59,930 bases of DNA from an uncultured virus (IMG/VR IMGVR_UViG_3300038656_000077) (lineage: Duplodnaviria > Heunggongvirae > Uroviricota > Caudoviricetes). The notes beneath the pieces were generated by a model, which was given only the letters and a program-made list of their open reading frames with translations, made no database searches and was not told the origin of the DNA. How positions within the stretch are numbered: position 1 is the stretch's first letter; every line of letters begins with the position of its first letter. This document shows positions 32,101 through 41,168 of this stretch, one piece after another. Position numbers and translations under genes: made by a program. The stretch lies in the IMG/VR virus record IMGVR_UViG_3300038656_000077. One strand, written 5' to 3'.

Positions 32101-32400
32101 ATGGGATATAGAGGAAAATTAATGGTAGAACATACAGGAATAAAACTACCAAAAGAGATTGCAGAAAAGTATAAAGACGATTACCACATAGAACAGCTTG
32201 AAAATGGTGATTATGTAGTAAACATATCTTCTAAGTTTGAGACAAAAGGACATTGGGATATATTACTAGACCTTAAAGAATTATTAAAAGATAATAATTT
32301 TGGCATTTACGGTGTAGTTTTATGGGAAGATGGAAGGATTGATAGACATAATTTTTCTACTGGTGAGCAAGAAACATTTAAACCAAAAGACGATTACTAG
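32101..32400 (+). CDS. Cassette-borne hypothetical protein
   Basis: Bounded by GTTGTGTGTATTG / CATTACATACAAC. Confidence 0.7.
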   Translation: MGYRGKLMVEHTGIKLPKEIAEKYKDDYHIEQLENGDYVVNISSKFETKGHWDILLDLKELLKDNNFGIYGVVLWEDGRIDRHNFSTGEQETFKPKDDY

Positions 32401-32550
32401 CATTACATACAACGTTTTGTATATGATTTGTAGGCATAGACAAGCAAGAACTTTGGACTAAAAACTTACTTAAATAGATAAAAAAAGAACATTAAAATAT
32501 TAATCAACAACCTATAAATTATATACGTTGTTATAAAACGTTTTTTAGGG

Positions 32551-33146
32551 ATGGCAAAAAAAGAGATTACAAAATGGGAACAGGTTTATCAATTACCTAT
32601 AAAATATGATGATATGAAATACTGTTGGTCAAAAAATGGTACAATGACACTAATGTTTGATGAAGTAGTATCTGAGGAAGATAGACAGATGATTGTAAAA
32701 GCTTTAAATGGTGAAACAGAATTAAAGATGGAAGGACTGACTTTTGATGGATGCGATTTCTTACTTGACGGAACTTACATTTTTTGTGTGCGTGGTTGGG
32801 GTAACTTAACTGGAATTGGTGCATTAAACTTACCCGAAGAAAAAGCCTTGAAGATACAAGACGAATTTATTAACCACGTGCATAGAGCGTTGGCAAAAAA
32901 TACAGAAACTAAGCAATGCACTATACCAAGTGTAGTGCGTTTTCTAACGATGAACTTGAAAACATGATGAATACTTGGTTTGACCACTACCAAGCAAACG
33001 GTGAAAGCCATTATAGTGACACTCCTGATTTTAGGATTAGAGAAATATATTGGGATAAGGTGGTTGATAGAGTTATTGAAGATGTAAATACTGAAATGAC
33101 AGATAAAGAAGTAGAACAATTTTGTGATAGACTTGCTGATTTGTAG
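32551..33146 (+). pseudogene. Cassette ORF split by an inferred 7-bp deletion at the GTT site
   Basis: ORFs 32551-32967 and 32916-33146 fuse if GTTGTGT is restored at ~32931. Confidence 0.55.
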
Positions 33147-33198
33147 CATTACACACAACGCTCGTGGGTATGGCATTTTTATAAAACGGAGCGTAAAA

Positions 33199-33231
33199 CC
33201 CACACATCTTTTTAGTGTGTGGGTAGTTCAC
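33199..33231 (+). mobile_element. IS200/IS605-family right-end fragment
   Basis: Hairpin plus GGGTAGTTCAC; identical to the reverse complement of 55189-55221. Confidence 0.75.
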
Positions 33232-33253
33232 ATAGTATTAGGCACAGTACGGT

Positions 33254-33610
33254 ATGGAAAGTTACAAATTTAAAATTATAGATATGGGAAATTTACCTAA
33301 AGAAGAAAAACCAAAGATAAAAAAATACGAAATATGGATTGGATTTGTAGGTGCTTGGGGACAAGGCGACCACGATTCTGTAAAGCCACAAAAACTTGGT
33401 GAAGTGGAGGCAACTTCTTTTAAAATAGCCTGTTGTATATACGAACACGAAAACGCTGTAAAGCACTTGAAAGAAAGAATGAAACGAGGTGACACTTATA
33501 TTGAAGATGCTTGGTTTGGACATTGGGGATATAACCCTAAAGACAATAGTACAATGCACTTGGGTAGATATTTTGAAACTGAAAAAGATGCTTGGACGAC
33601 CTTTAAGTAG
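33254..33610 (+). CDS. Cassette-borne hypothetical protein
   Basis: 118 aa, ends just before the AAC arm at 33621. Confidence 0.7.
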   Translation: MESYKFKIIDMGNLPKEEKPKIKKYEIWIGFVGAWGQGDHDSVKPQKLGEVEATSFKIACCIYEHENAVKHLKERMKRGDTYIEDAWFGHWGYNPKDNSTMHLGRYFETEKDAWTTFK

Positions 33611-33677
33611 TATTGTCCACAACGTACCGCAGATATGACAAGTTGCGGGATTAAATACTAACTAAAATAAATAAACA

Positions 33678-33986
33678 ATGAATTTACAAGAAGAATTTTA
33701 TTACAGAATAGATAATGATAATGGTTACGACAACAAAAAATTAGGTGACGATTTAATAGCGATTGCAAAAAATCACTTATCTAAGCAATTTGTTATGTCT
33801 GGTGTATTTGTTATATCTGGTGTTAGGCTTTCGTTGCCTGATGAAGATGAAATAAACTCAATGCAATTAGAAATGGATTGCCCTACACCAAATGAAGAAG
33901 AATATACTACATCTGGTTTTAAAAGCGGTGTTAGATGGTTAAAAAACACTATTGAAAGACAGATGTTAAAAGGCAATGAAGCCTAA
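33678..33986 (+). CDS. Cassette ORF spanning the GTT arm
   Basis: Stop in CCTAAC. Confidence 0.65.
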   Translation: MNLQEEFYYRIDNDNGYDNKKLGDDLIAIAKNHLSKQFVMSGVFVISGVRLSLPDEDEINSMQLEMDCPTPNEEEYTTSGFKSGVRWLKNTIERQMLKGNEA

Positions 33987-34011
33987 CGAATAGTATAAAA
34001 ATAGTAGCGAT

Positions 34012-34209
34012 ATGGAAGATAAAATATTTGATATAGTAACAGACCTAATTAGGGATGATATAAGTAAAAATGAAGCAATAGATAAGCTATTGATTTTATA
34101 CAGTGTTAGCAAACGTCATTTAATCGAAGAAATTTTAGATGATGTAAACAGTTGTCACGGAGAATATGCTAGCGAAAAAGTACAAGCTTATCTTGATGAT
34201 GGTTGTTAA
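34012..34209 (+). CDS. Cassette ORF spanning the GTT arm
   Basis: Stop in GTTAAC. Confidence 0.65.
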   Translation: MEDKIFDIVTDLIRDDISKNEAIDKLLILYSVSKRHLIEEILDDVNSCHGEYASEKVQAYLDDGC

Positions 34210-34356
34210 CGGTTTGAATATGAAACGTTTTAATACAGAAGTTATTTAAATGTAATAAAGTTACAACATTTATATGTATTTTTATTTGGAATGCTGAATA
34301 AAATGTTTTATATTTGGAATGCTGAATAAAATGTTTTATATTTTTTGTTATAAATA

Positions 34357-34432
34357 GGTGGGTTCGTCTATCTGGATAGGACAACTAGCTAACAGCACAT
34401 GTAGAAATGAGGTTCGAGACCCATACCCACCA
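34357..34432 (+). tRNA. Degenerate tRNA-like gene forming a whole cassette
   Basis: Acceptor GGTGGGT/ACCCACC-A, D arm GTC..GAC with TGG, T loop GGTTCGAG; anticodon arm irregular. Confidence 0.6.
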
Positions 34433-34579
34433 CTTATTTATAACGTTTAGTATAATAAACGGCTTGCAAATAAGATGCTACCCTCACGAATGCGGATAGC
34501 ATATAAATAATAACAAAACACCGATAAAGCAATAAACCGCTTTTATTTTTATACGGTGTTAGCAAATGTAATTTACGAT

Positions 34580-34918
34580 ATGAATTTACCTTATGTTCTA
34601 GCTCACTTCATAGGCGACTTTCTGTTACAAAATGATTGGCAAGCAGTTGGAAAGAAGAAAAGTAGTTTAATATGCACTATGCACGTTTTGCTCTATATGA
34701 CACCATTTTTACTAACTGAATTAAGTTGGTTACAATTAGGATTAATAGCTGTACAACATTGGTTACAAGACCGAAGCTCATTTGTAGGATGGTGGTGTAA
34801 AACTATGGGTTCGTTTCAAACTGAATTAAAGCAAAACGGTTTGCCTTGGGGTCATTTTATAGTAGACCAAGTAATGCACTTTATTTGGATGTGGTTAGTA
34901 GTAAATTATTGTTGCTAA
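34580..34918 (+). CDS. DUF3307-like membrane protein (cassette)
   Basis: AHFIGDFLLQ...H...HWLQD...DQVMH; stop in GCTAAC. Confidence 0.8.
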   Translation: MNLPYVLAHFIGDFLLQNDWQAVGKKKSSLICTMHVLLYMTPFLLTELSWLQLGLIAVQHWLQDRSSFVGWWCKTMGSFQTELKQNGLPWGHFIVDQVMHFIWMWLVVNYCC

Positions 34919-34956
34919 CGCATTGTATATGAATAGTTAATTTAAAAATAATAGAT

Positions 34957-35205
34957 ATGGAAGAAGTATTAATAAATTTTTTAATAAGCCTAAACGATAA
35001 GGGCTTAATAAATAACCACGATTTTGATTACGAAAAAGTTGCACGGGCTTTTCCAAATAAAGCCGAGAATAAGCAATTAATTATAGCCAATGTTGTAGGG
35101 CAAAGCGAACAGTTAAAATGCGTTTGGTGTGGTAATGACGAAAGCAAGGATATACTTCCTCAACTTTGTAATGAGTGTTTTAAAAAAGGATGTAAAGCAT
35201 TTTAA
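34957..35205 (+). CDS. Cassette ORF spanning the GTT arm, Zn-finger tail
   Basis: KQLIIANVVGQSEQL, CxxC..CxxC. Confidence 0.65.
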   Translation: MEEVLINFLISLNDKGLINNHDFDYEKVARAFPNKAENKQLIIANVVGQSEQLKCVWCGNDESKDILPQLCNECFKKGCKAF

Positions 35206-35335
35206 TTACCTACAACGGCTATTGTATGAATAGTAGCCGTAAAAAGCGAGAAAAATTGAATTATAAACTAAATTAATTAATACACAATAGCCTTTAAAAA
35301 GACCACATAACAGGCTATTATTTATACAAATTATT

Positions 35336-35485
35336 ATGGAAGTAGAAAAGCAATGGATAGTAAATGTTTATGAACTATTATTACTCTTAAAAGACGGAAC
35401 TTATAGAATTGGTAAAAGCTCTAATCTTTATGGATTTGACTTAATAGATAAAGAAAAGGCGTTGGCTCTTATTAATGCCACATAA
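35336..35485 (+). CDS. 49-aa cassette ORF
   Basis: Stop in CATAAC. Confidence 0.5.
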   Translation: MEVEKQWIVNVYELLLLLKDGTYRIGKSSNLYGFDLIDKEKALALINAT

Positions 35486-35535
35486 CGTTCGACAGATATG
35501 GCGTGTTGCCTCAACAACTTAAATTAATACACGAA

Positions 35536-35829
35536 ATGAATTTAATTAAGCGATTATTTAGCAAAAAGAAAAATAAGCAATGCGATATATCTGGTGTTGT
35601 AGGTAGTTCTTCTCCTAAAAAAGAACAGACTTATATGCATGTTGAAGCAGGTACAAACAGAACTTATTTTACTAACGAACCACCACATATAAAAAATGGT
35701 GTGAAGAACAAATCCAAAGAAGTAAAAACCGTTATAAATGATGACTTACCTACAACGAATGGTGCTATGGTGCGTTACTTTTCGCAATGCATTATAGCAC
35801 GTGTTGTACACTGTATGGCGGTTAAATAG
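35536..35829 (+). CDS. Cassette ORF spanning the GTT arm (reads on through the next site)
   Basis: KQCDISGVVGSS. Confidence 0.5.
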   Translation: MNLIKRLFSKKKNKQCDISGVVGSSSPKKEQTYMHVEAGTNRTYFTNEPPHIKNGVKNKSKEVKTVINDDLPTTNGAMVRYFSQCIIARVVHCMAVK

Positions 35830-35916
35830 AAATGAACTTTAAAATGAAAAACGAAATGAGTAATAATATTTTTTTGAGCGGTGGCAAATGCCCCAAAGGG
35901 CAAATTACATACAGTT

Positions 35917-36637
35917 ATGAAACCATTAGGGAATAAGAATTACGGAAGCATACCACATTTATCTAATAGTAAATTAGATTCTGGTGACCATTTTGTAAAC
36001 CTTTGTAAACCATGGACAAGAAAGGATATTGACCGAAAAGAAACGAGATAAGCAAGATGAAATATTTGTGTTTGAAAAATATGATGGATCAAATGTTGGA
36101 ATTGGTAAAATAGATAATAAAATAATTGCTGTAACTCGAAGCGGTTATGTGGCAAATACAAGCCCTTATAAACAACATCATTTATTTAGTGATTAGGTTT
36201 ATAAAAATATAATGACTTGGATGGACTTATTGAAAAATGGTGAAAGAATTACAGGTGAGTGGTTAGCACAAGCACACGGAATTAAATATAATATTCACGA
36301 AAAGTTACAACCTATTGTTTTCTTTGACCACTTTAACGAAAATAACAAAAGAAGTAATTTTGATGTATTAGATAATTTTTATAAAAAATACGAAATACAA
36401 TTACCAAGGCTTTTACATAGAGGTGATGCAAAAAGTGTTGAAGATTTAAAAACTGAACTTAATAAAAAAACCTACGGAATAACACCTGAAGGAAAACCCG
36501 AAGGAATGGTTTATAGAGTTGAACGAAAAGGCAAAGTAGATTTTCTTGCTAAATGGGTAAGAAGTGATTTTGAAGCAGGTAAATATATTATTGATAAAGA
36601 GGAACACGAATTGATTTGGAACACGCAAACTAGCTAA
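35917..36637 (+). pseudogene. RNA ligase (Rnl2-like nucleotidyltransferase), disrupted
   Basis: MKPLGNKNYGSIPHL...FEKYDGSNVGI...GEWL...PEGMVYRVE...AKWV; frameshift(s) near 36000-36035 and TAG at ~36194. Confidence 0.75.
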
Positions 36638-36769
36638 AAAAGGAAGGAAAAAAAGAGTGTATTATGGACAAATACAAAAAGACCTTTGAATTAAGCACAA
36701 ACTAAGCACTTGCAGGTAACGGAATGCGTGTATGAGTAGTGCTTGGAATAATAAATAAACTTAACAAAA

Positions 36770-37003
36770 ATGGAAGAAATAATAAAATACCTTGAAGAAA
36801 TTAAAAAACATCAAATGCAAACAGTACAGTTGGCAAGAAGTACAGAAGTTTACAAACTTGCAGATAAAGCACTTGCCAAAGCATTACTTATACACGGTGT
36901 TGTAAAATCGTTTTATTGCCAATGCGATGAGCCTTATGAACAGATATTGCCACATAGCAACACACCCTACTGTGGGGAATGTTCAAAAAACATTAAGCAA
37001 TAA
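36770..37003 (+). CDS. Cassette ORF spanning the GTT arm, Zn-finger tail
   Basis: KALLIHGVVKSF, CxC..CxxC. Confidence 0.65.
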   Translation: MEEIIKYLEEIKKHQMQTVQLARSTEVYKLADKALAKALLIHGVVKSFYCQCDEPYEQILPHSNTPYCGECSKNIKQ

Positions 37004-37112
37004 TATGTTTTACAACAACGGATATGAATAACAAAACAAAACAGTAATACAAGTAATAACATTTTGATCCGTGCATAGCTTTGTAAGCTCTAACATCAAA
37101 TTTGCAGAAACA

Positions 37113-37150
37113 AAAAACCCTCGTTATTGATTTAACGGGGGTTTATTTTT
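37113..37150. terminator. Bidirectional intrinsic terminator closing cassette array I
   Basis: A-run, CCCTCGTT/AACGGGGG, T-run. Confidence 0.6.
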
Positions 37151-37312
37151 TTATTAGCAGATAAACTATTAGTTTACTTCAGACATTATAGTTATAGGTA
37201 AATAGCTTAAATTATCACTCTTAGAATCGTTAGGTCGAGCTTCAAGTGCTATCGTTTGGTTCTCACTAATGAGCACCTCAAAGAAGCTTACTACTTTTAA
37301 GCGTAAGAGGAA

Positions 37313-37881
37313 TTGAGGTACAAATATACTAGAGTTGGGGCATCAACTCATGGAGGTAAACGCAGAGATAAGTGTAAATTAAAAATTGCAAAGCTTTATC
37401 AAAAGATAACTAATCAAAGAGATTTCTTTTTACATAATTGCTCAACACAATTAGTCAACAACTTTGATTGCATATTTATAGAAGATTTAGGGGTTAAAGA
37501 TATGTTAGAAAGCAAGTTAATGTCAAAACAGATTTCCGATGCCAGTTGGAGTAAGTTTGTTAATATGTTGACTTACAAAGCTGATTGGTACGGTAAAACG
37601 GTTCACAAAATTGACCGTTATTATGCTTCTTCAAAGACTTGTTCTTGTTGTGGACACATCAACAAAGAACTAACCCTAAAAGACCGTGAATGGACTTGTA
37701 ACGGTTGTGGAACTTTGTTAAACAGAGATGTAAATGCAGCCATAAATATTAAATCGTTTGCTTTAAAAAATTATTTGAGTGGGGAACACACTCTTAAAAA
37801 TCAGGACGAACTGTTGACGTTAGTCAAAGTGCTGACTCCTGAAGCCCATCCCATCGCCTCTGGCGTGGGTGGGTAGTTCAC
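37313..37881 (+). mobile_element. tnpB: 5'-truncated tnpB (IS200/IS605 family) with omega-RNA / right end
   Basis: IEDL (RuvC-II), SSKTCSCCG..CNGCG, RDVNAAINI (RuvC-III); RuvC-I and N-terminus absent; ends GGGTAGTTCAC. Confidence 0.85.
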
Positions 37882-38005
37882 AACTATAGTAATTAAAAAC
37901 TTCGTAAAACAATACACTTTAACACAAAATTTAAAACCCCCTCCACAACAAAGCAAAGGGGGTAAAACAAACATAAACACTTAACTAGATGCGATTCTAT
38001 CAACT

Positions 38006-39571
38006 CTATTTAAAAGTAGTGTATTTACCTTTAATAATGTTTACAAGCTGTACTTTACCGTTAGAATAACCTAATCCTAATCCATGCATCCAATTACTTA
38101 AACCGTTATTGTATCCTAATCTTAGTTTTGTTAAAGTCCCTACCGATACGTGACCGTCTTCCTTGTGTGGATGATGTCCGTGAGCAGTGACGTTTTTGGT
38201 GTTAAGGCTTTTAAATTGGGTGTGTGAACCTCTACTTCCACTACTCCCTACATGACCGTGCAAAGCTAACTCCCAATCTAAAACTCTGTAACTGTCATTA
38301 ATGCCTAAAGTTCTAACTTCTCCTTGAAATTTTTCGTCTATAAGGAAAGGAACCAAACCTTTATGAGCCTTACCTTCAGCTAAAATAGAGCCGTATTTGA
38401 AATACTCAAATTTATTATAATCTTTACGCCAGTCGGTTTGTTTTAACCATCTGTCAAGCATATCTTCGTGGTTTCCTCTAGTTATGACAAGATTGTACTT
38501 TTTATTTTCTTCTAACCAATCGTACATATATTGTAACTCCGCTTCTAGATTCAAAGAGCCTTCTTTTTCTTTTTGTAGCATAATAAAAGGGTCTCTCCTA
38601 TCGTGGTGAGATACAGTAGATGCATCAAATATATCGTGTATAATCGTAGTAGAGGGTTTCATTATATCTAAAAGCGAAGTAGCTGTATGCAAAGCTTCCT
38701 CGTCCTCTTGTGTCAAGTGCAAGTCGCCAAGAACAGCAAACTCTGCACCATCTTCGTTGTCAAACACCTCTCCATCACAAACTTTATAAAATAAGTCATA
38801 AAAGTTACCATTGTTGTCAGCTTCTATATGGCGTATATGGAAGTCATCCCCGTCTAACTCAACCATCACAGCACCAATGATATGATGAAAAACCCCTTTA
38901 GCTCCAGCTTTAGAGTCAGTATAGTTTTCTATAGTACAAGCACCTGTACTCACTAACAGTTTATTAGGGTATCCGTCTAAAACAGGCAAACTCTTTAAAT
39001 GTTGTCTAGGATGACCTACAACACAAGTTTCAAGGTCAGAAATACCGTTTAGACCCGATAGAGGTGTGGCAGCAGTAGGAGATATTTTAACATCCGATAA
39101 TAATTGTAAATGAGGATGAATATTGTGTCTGTTGGCATCTAAGTAAGGCATAACGTCATCAACCCACTCTTCGTGTTTTGCATCTGTAAATACTGATGTA
39201 GGGTTCTTGTATCTACCTGCCTGTATGTGTAGACCAGCTTTATGAAAGTCTGCATAAGCTAATAGGTTGCTAAAGAACTCTTCGTTTACAGGAGTTCCGT
39301 TTTGAGCCCATGTAATGATAAACTTTTTTCTCCGTTTGTCAAACTTTTTCTTTTGTGCCTTTTTGAATGTGGCAGTGTCTTCAATAACTTTCACATTTTT
39401 AGTTACACCCATTTTTTGCATTTTACTACGGAAAGCTCTTCCAACTGTGTCATTAAACATAATATTAAACTTTTCACACATTTGTCTAGTTGCAGGAGTA
39501 ACTTGTATGCCTTTATCTTTCACTAACCACTTTACGTAATCTACCTGTTCGTCGGTATATCTTTTTATCAT
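38006..39571 (-). CDS. Metallophosphoesterase-domain protein
   Basis: GDLH, HDIFD, GNHE, HGH, AHGH. Confidence 0.75.
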   Translation of the reverse strand: MIKRYTDEQVDYVKWLVKDKGIQVTPATRQMCEKFNIMFNDTVGRAFRSKMQKMGVTKNVKVIEDTATFKKAQKKKFDKRRKKFIITWAQNGTPVNEEFFSNLLAYADFHKAGLHIQAGRYKNPTSVFTDAKHEEWVDDVMPYLDANRHNIHPHLQLLSDVKISPTAATPLSGLNGISDLETCVVGHPRQHLKSLPVLDGYPNKLLVSTGACTIENYTDSKAGAKGVFHHIIGAVMVELDGDDFHIRHIEADNNGNFYDLFYKVCDGEVFDNEDGAEFAVLGDLHLTQEDEEALHTATSLLDIMKPSTTIIHDIFDASTVSHHDRRDPFIMLQKEKEGSLNLEAELQYMYDWLEENKKYNLVITRGNHEDMLDRWLKQTDWRKDYNKFEYFKYGSILAEGKAHKGLVPFLIDEKFQGEVRTLGINDSYRVLDWELALHGHVGSSGSRGSHTQFKSLNTKNVTAHGHHPHKEDGHVSVGTLTKLRLGYNNGLSNWMHGLGLGYSNGKVQLVNIIKGKYTTFK

Positions 39572-39687
39572 ATTGTTTGTTTTACGGTATCAAATATACC
39601 ATTGTTTACTTTATTATACAAATTTATTAAATTTTTACACCCTCTTGTAAGTTCCAAATTACCATTTCACAGTTAAATAGGTCTTTT

Positions 39688-40732
39688 TCATAACTCATAT
39701 TTTTCAAATATTATTTCTTTAAGTGTCTGTTCAGAGCCTTCAATATGCTCCATAACCATTTCAGTTACGTCCTCGCCACTTAATAGTTCTACTTTATCTA
39801 TCTCTACTTCCGCAGAATAACCTGGATACATATAATCACCTTTTTCGGCAGGAGTATAACCCGCCTCGATAACTAAATTCTTACCGTAACACTCTACTTG
39901 GAAAACTTTATTTCTCATTTTTTAATTGTTTTAATAGTTTGATTAACTGTTCCAATCTGGAAGCATGTTTAACAATAATAGAATCCCCACATTCCAAAAT
40001 AGAAACCGTAAGGTTAGCATCACTTTCTATATCATTAGACGAACTAATAAGAGTCAGATACTCTCCAATTTTTTTAGTGTAAAAATAGAAAGGTCTATCG
40101 CATGCAGATTCTTCTATCGAAACGTCTTTCCTGCTAAACCCTAAATATTGAAGCACTTCTTCGTCAATGTAGAATCTGAACTGTTTTGAATCTTCTGTAA
40201 TGTTCATGTATTTTGCGACTTTAAAAATTCCTCTAATTTTTGTTTATTGATTTTGTCAAAACCTTCTAAAAGTCTAACCATGAGGTCGTACCCAACAATA
40301 TCTATCTTGTCAATTTGTCTAACTAATTCTAAATAATCTCTACCCATAGTTTTTTCTAATTATTTTAAGGTGTTCCTCTAACTCTTTTATTTCTTGTTCT
40401 ATTTGCTCTTCTTTAGATTTTATTTTAGCTCCGTTATCACCTCTATATACATTCCATCCTTTCTGTTTTTCTTCTTCGGTAAACATAATATCCATAAAAG
40501 AGAAGCTGTTAAAATCTCTATATAACTCAAAAAACTTAGGTCCATTTGCCACCCAGAAGTTAAAAATGTATTGATTATCTATCTCAATAACTAAGTTAGT
40601 AGTATCCATTTTCTTTATAACGTAGTCCCCCTCTAAAATTTTTTGTTTAAAATAATCTTGTATTTCTTTTATCTTATCGTCCATTACATTTTGTTTTGGG
40701 CAAATATACGTAATAACTAGGTAACTACACAA
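39688..40732 (-). CDS. Small hypothetical genes (39688-39918, 39908-40207, 40340-~40684)
   Basis: Minus-strand ORFs. Confidence 0.6.
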
Positions 40733-40809
40733 AACTTTTTAAAAACTTTAACAATAAAAAACCCCCACAAATTAATGTGAGGGTTAGTTGGTTTTAGTTT
40801 TTTGTTGTT

Positions 40810-41091
40810 TTACTCTACTAAAATCTTCCTAGAGGGTTCCGAATCTTTTCTTGGTAGTTTTACAATAAGTATACCTGCGTCATACTCCGCAGTTATGTTT
40901 TTGAGTTCTACTTGATTGGTTAACTTAAATCTGTCTTCGTAGCCTCCTACTGAAACCACAAGATTACTACCTTGTAGTTCGATAGTGAAGTCTTCTTTCT
41001 TTTTCCCAGGCGAAACGATGTTCACAGTTTGTACTCCGTCAACGGTTTCGCTGTAAGTGTAAAAGTAATATTTTTCTAAATCTTTAAACAT
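40810..41091 (-). CDS. Small heat-shock protein (Hsp20)
   Basis: PGKKKEDFTIEL, ITAEYDAGILIVKLP. Confidence 0.85.
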   Translation of the reverse strand: MFKDLEKYYFYTYSETVDGVQTVNIVSPGKKKEDFTIELQGSNLVVSVGGYEDRFKLTNQVELKNITAEYDAGILIVKLPRKDSEPSRKILVE

Positions 41092-41168
41092 AGTTTTATC
41101 TTTTTTTGTTTGGTTACATTTAACCAAATGCCATGCCTAAACAATAGTATGACATTCTGTCAAAAATT

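Larger units (their letters stand above)
28905..37045 (+). mobile_element. Integron-like cassette array I (attC-like sites, no integrase seen)
   Basis: AAC..GTT hairpin sites at 29835-30253, 31941-32063, 32411-32532, 33157-~33240, 33621-33824, 33985-34107, 34208-34349, 34442-34560, 34917-35094, 35214-35335, 35484-35598, 35754-35805, 36718-36901, plus single arms at 28925 and 37014; cassette ends complementary. Confidence 0.75.

Noticed and set aside
31937..37016. Hairpin sites as simple intrinsic terminators
   Set aside because: No U-tracts, long variable interiors, conserved AAC/GTT boxes and complementary cassette ends; ORFs run through them.
37313..37876. Active Cas12f/TnpB nuclease
   Set aside because: Lacks RuvC-I and the N-terminal domains; no convincing start.
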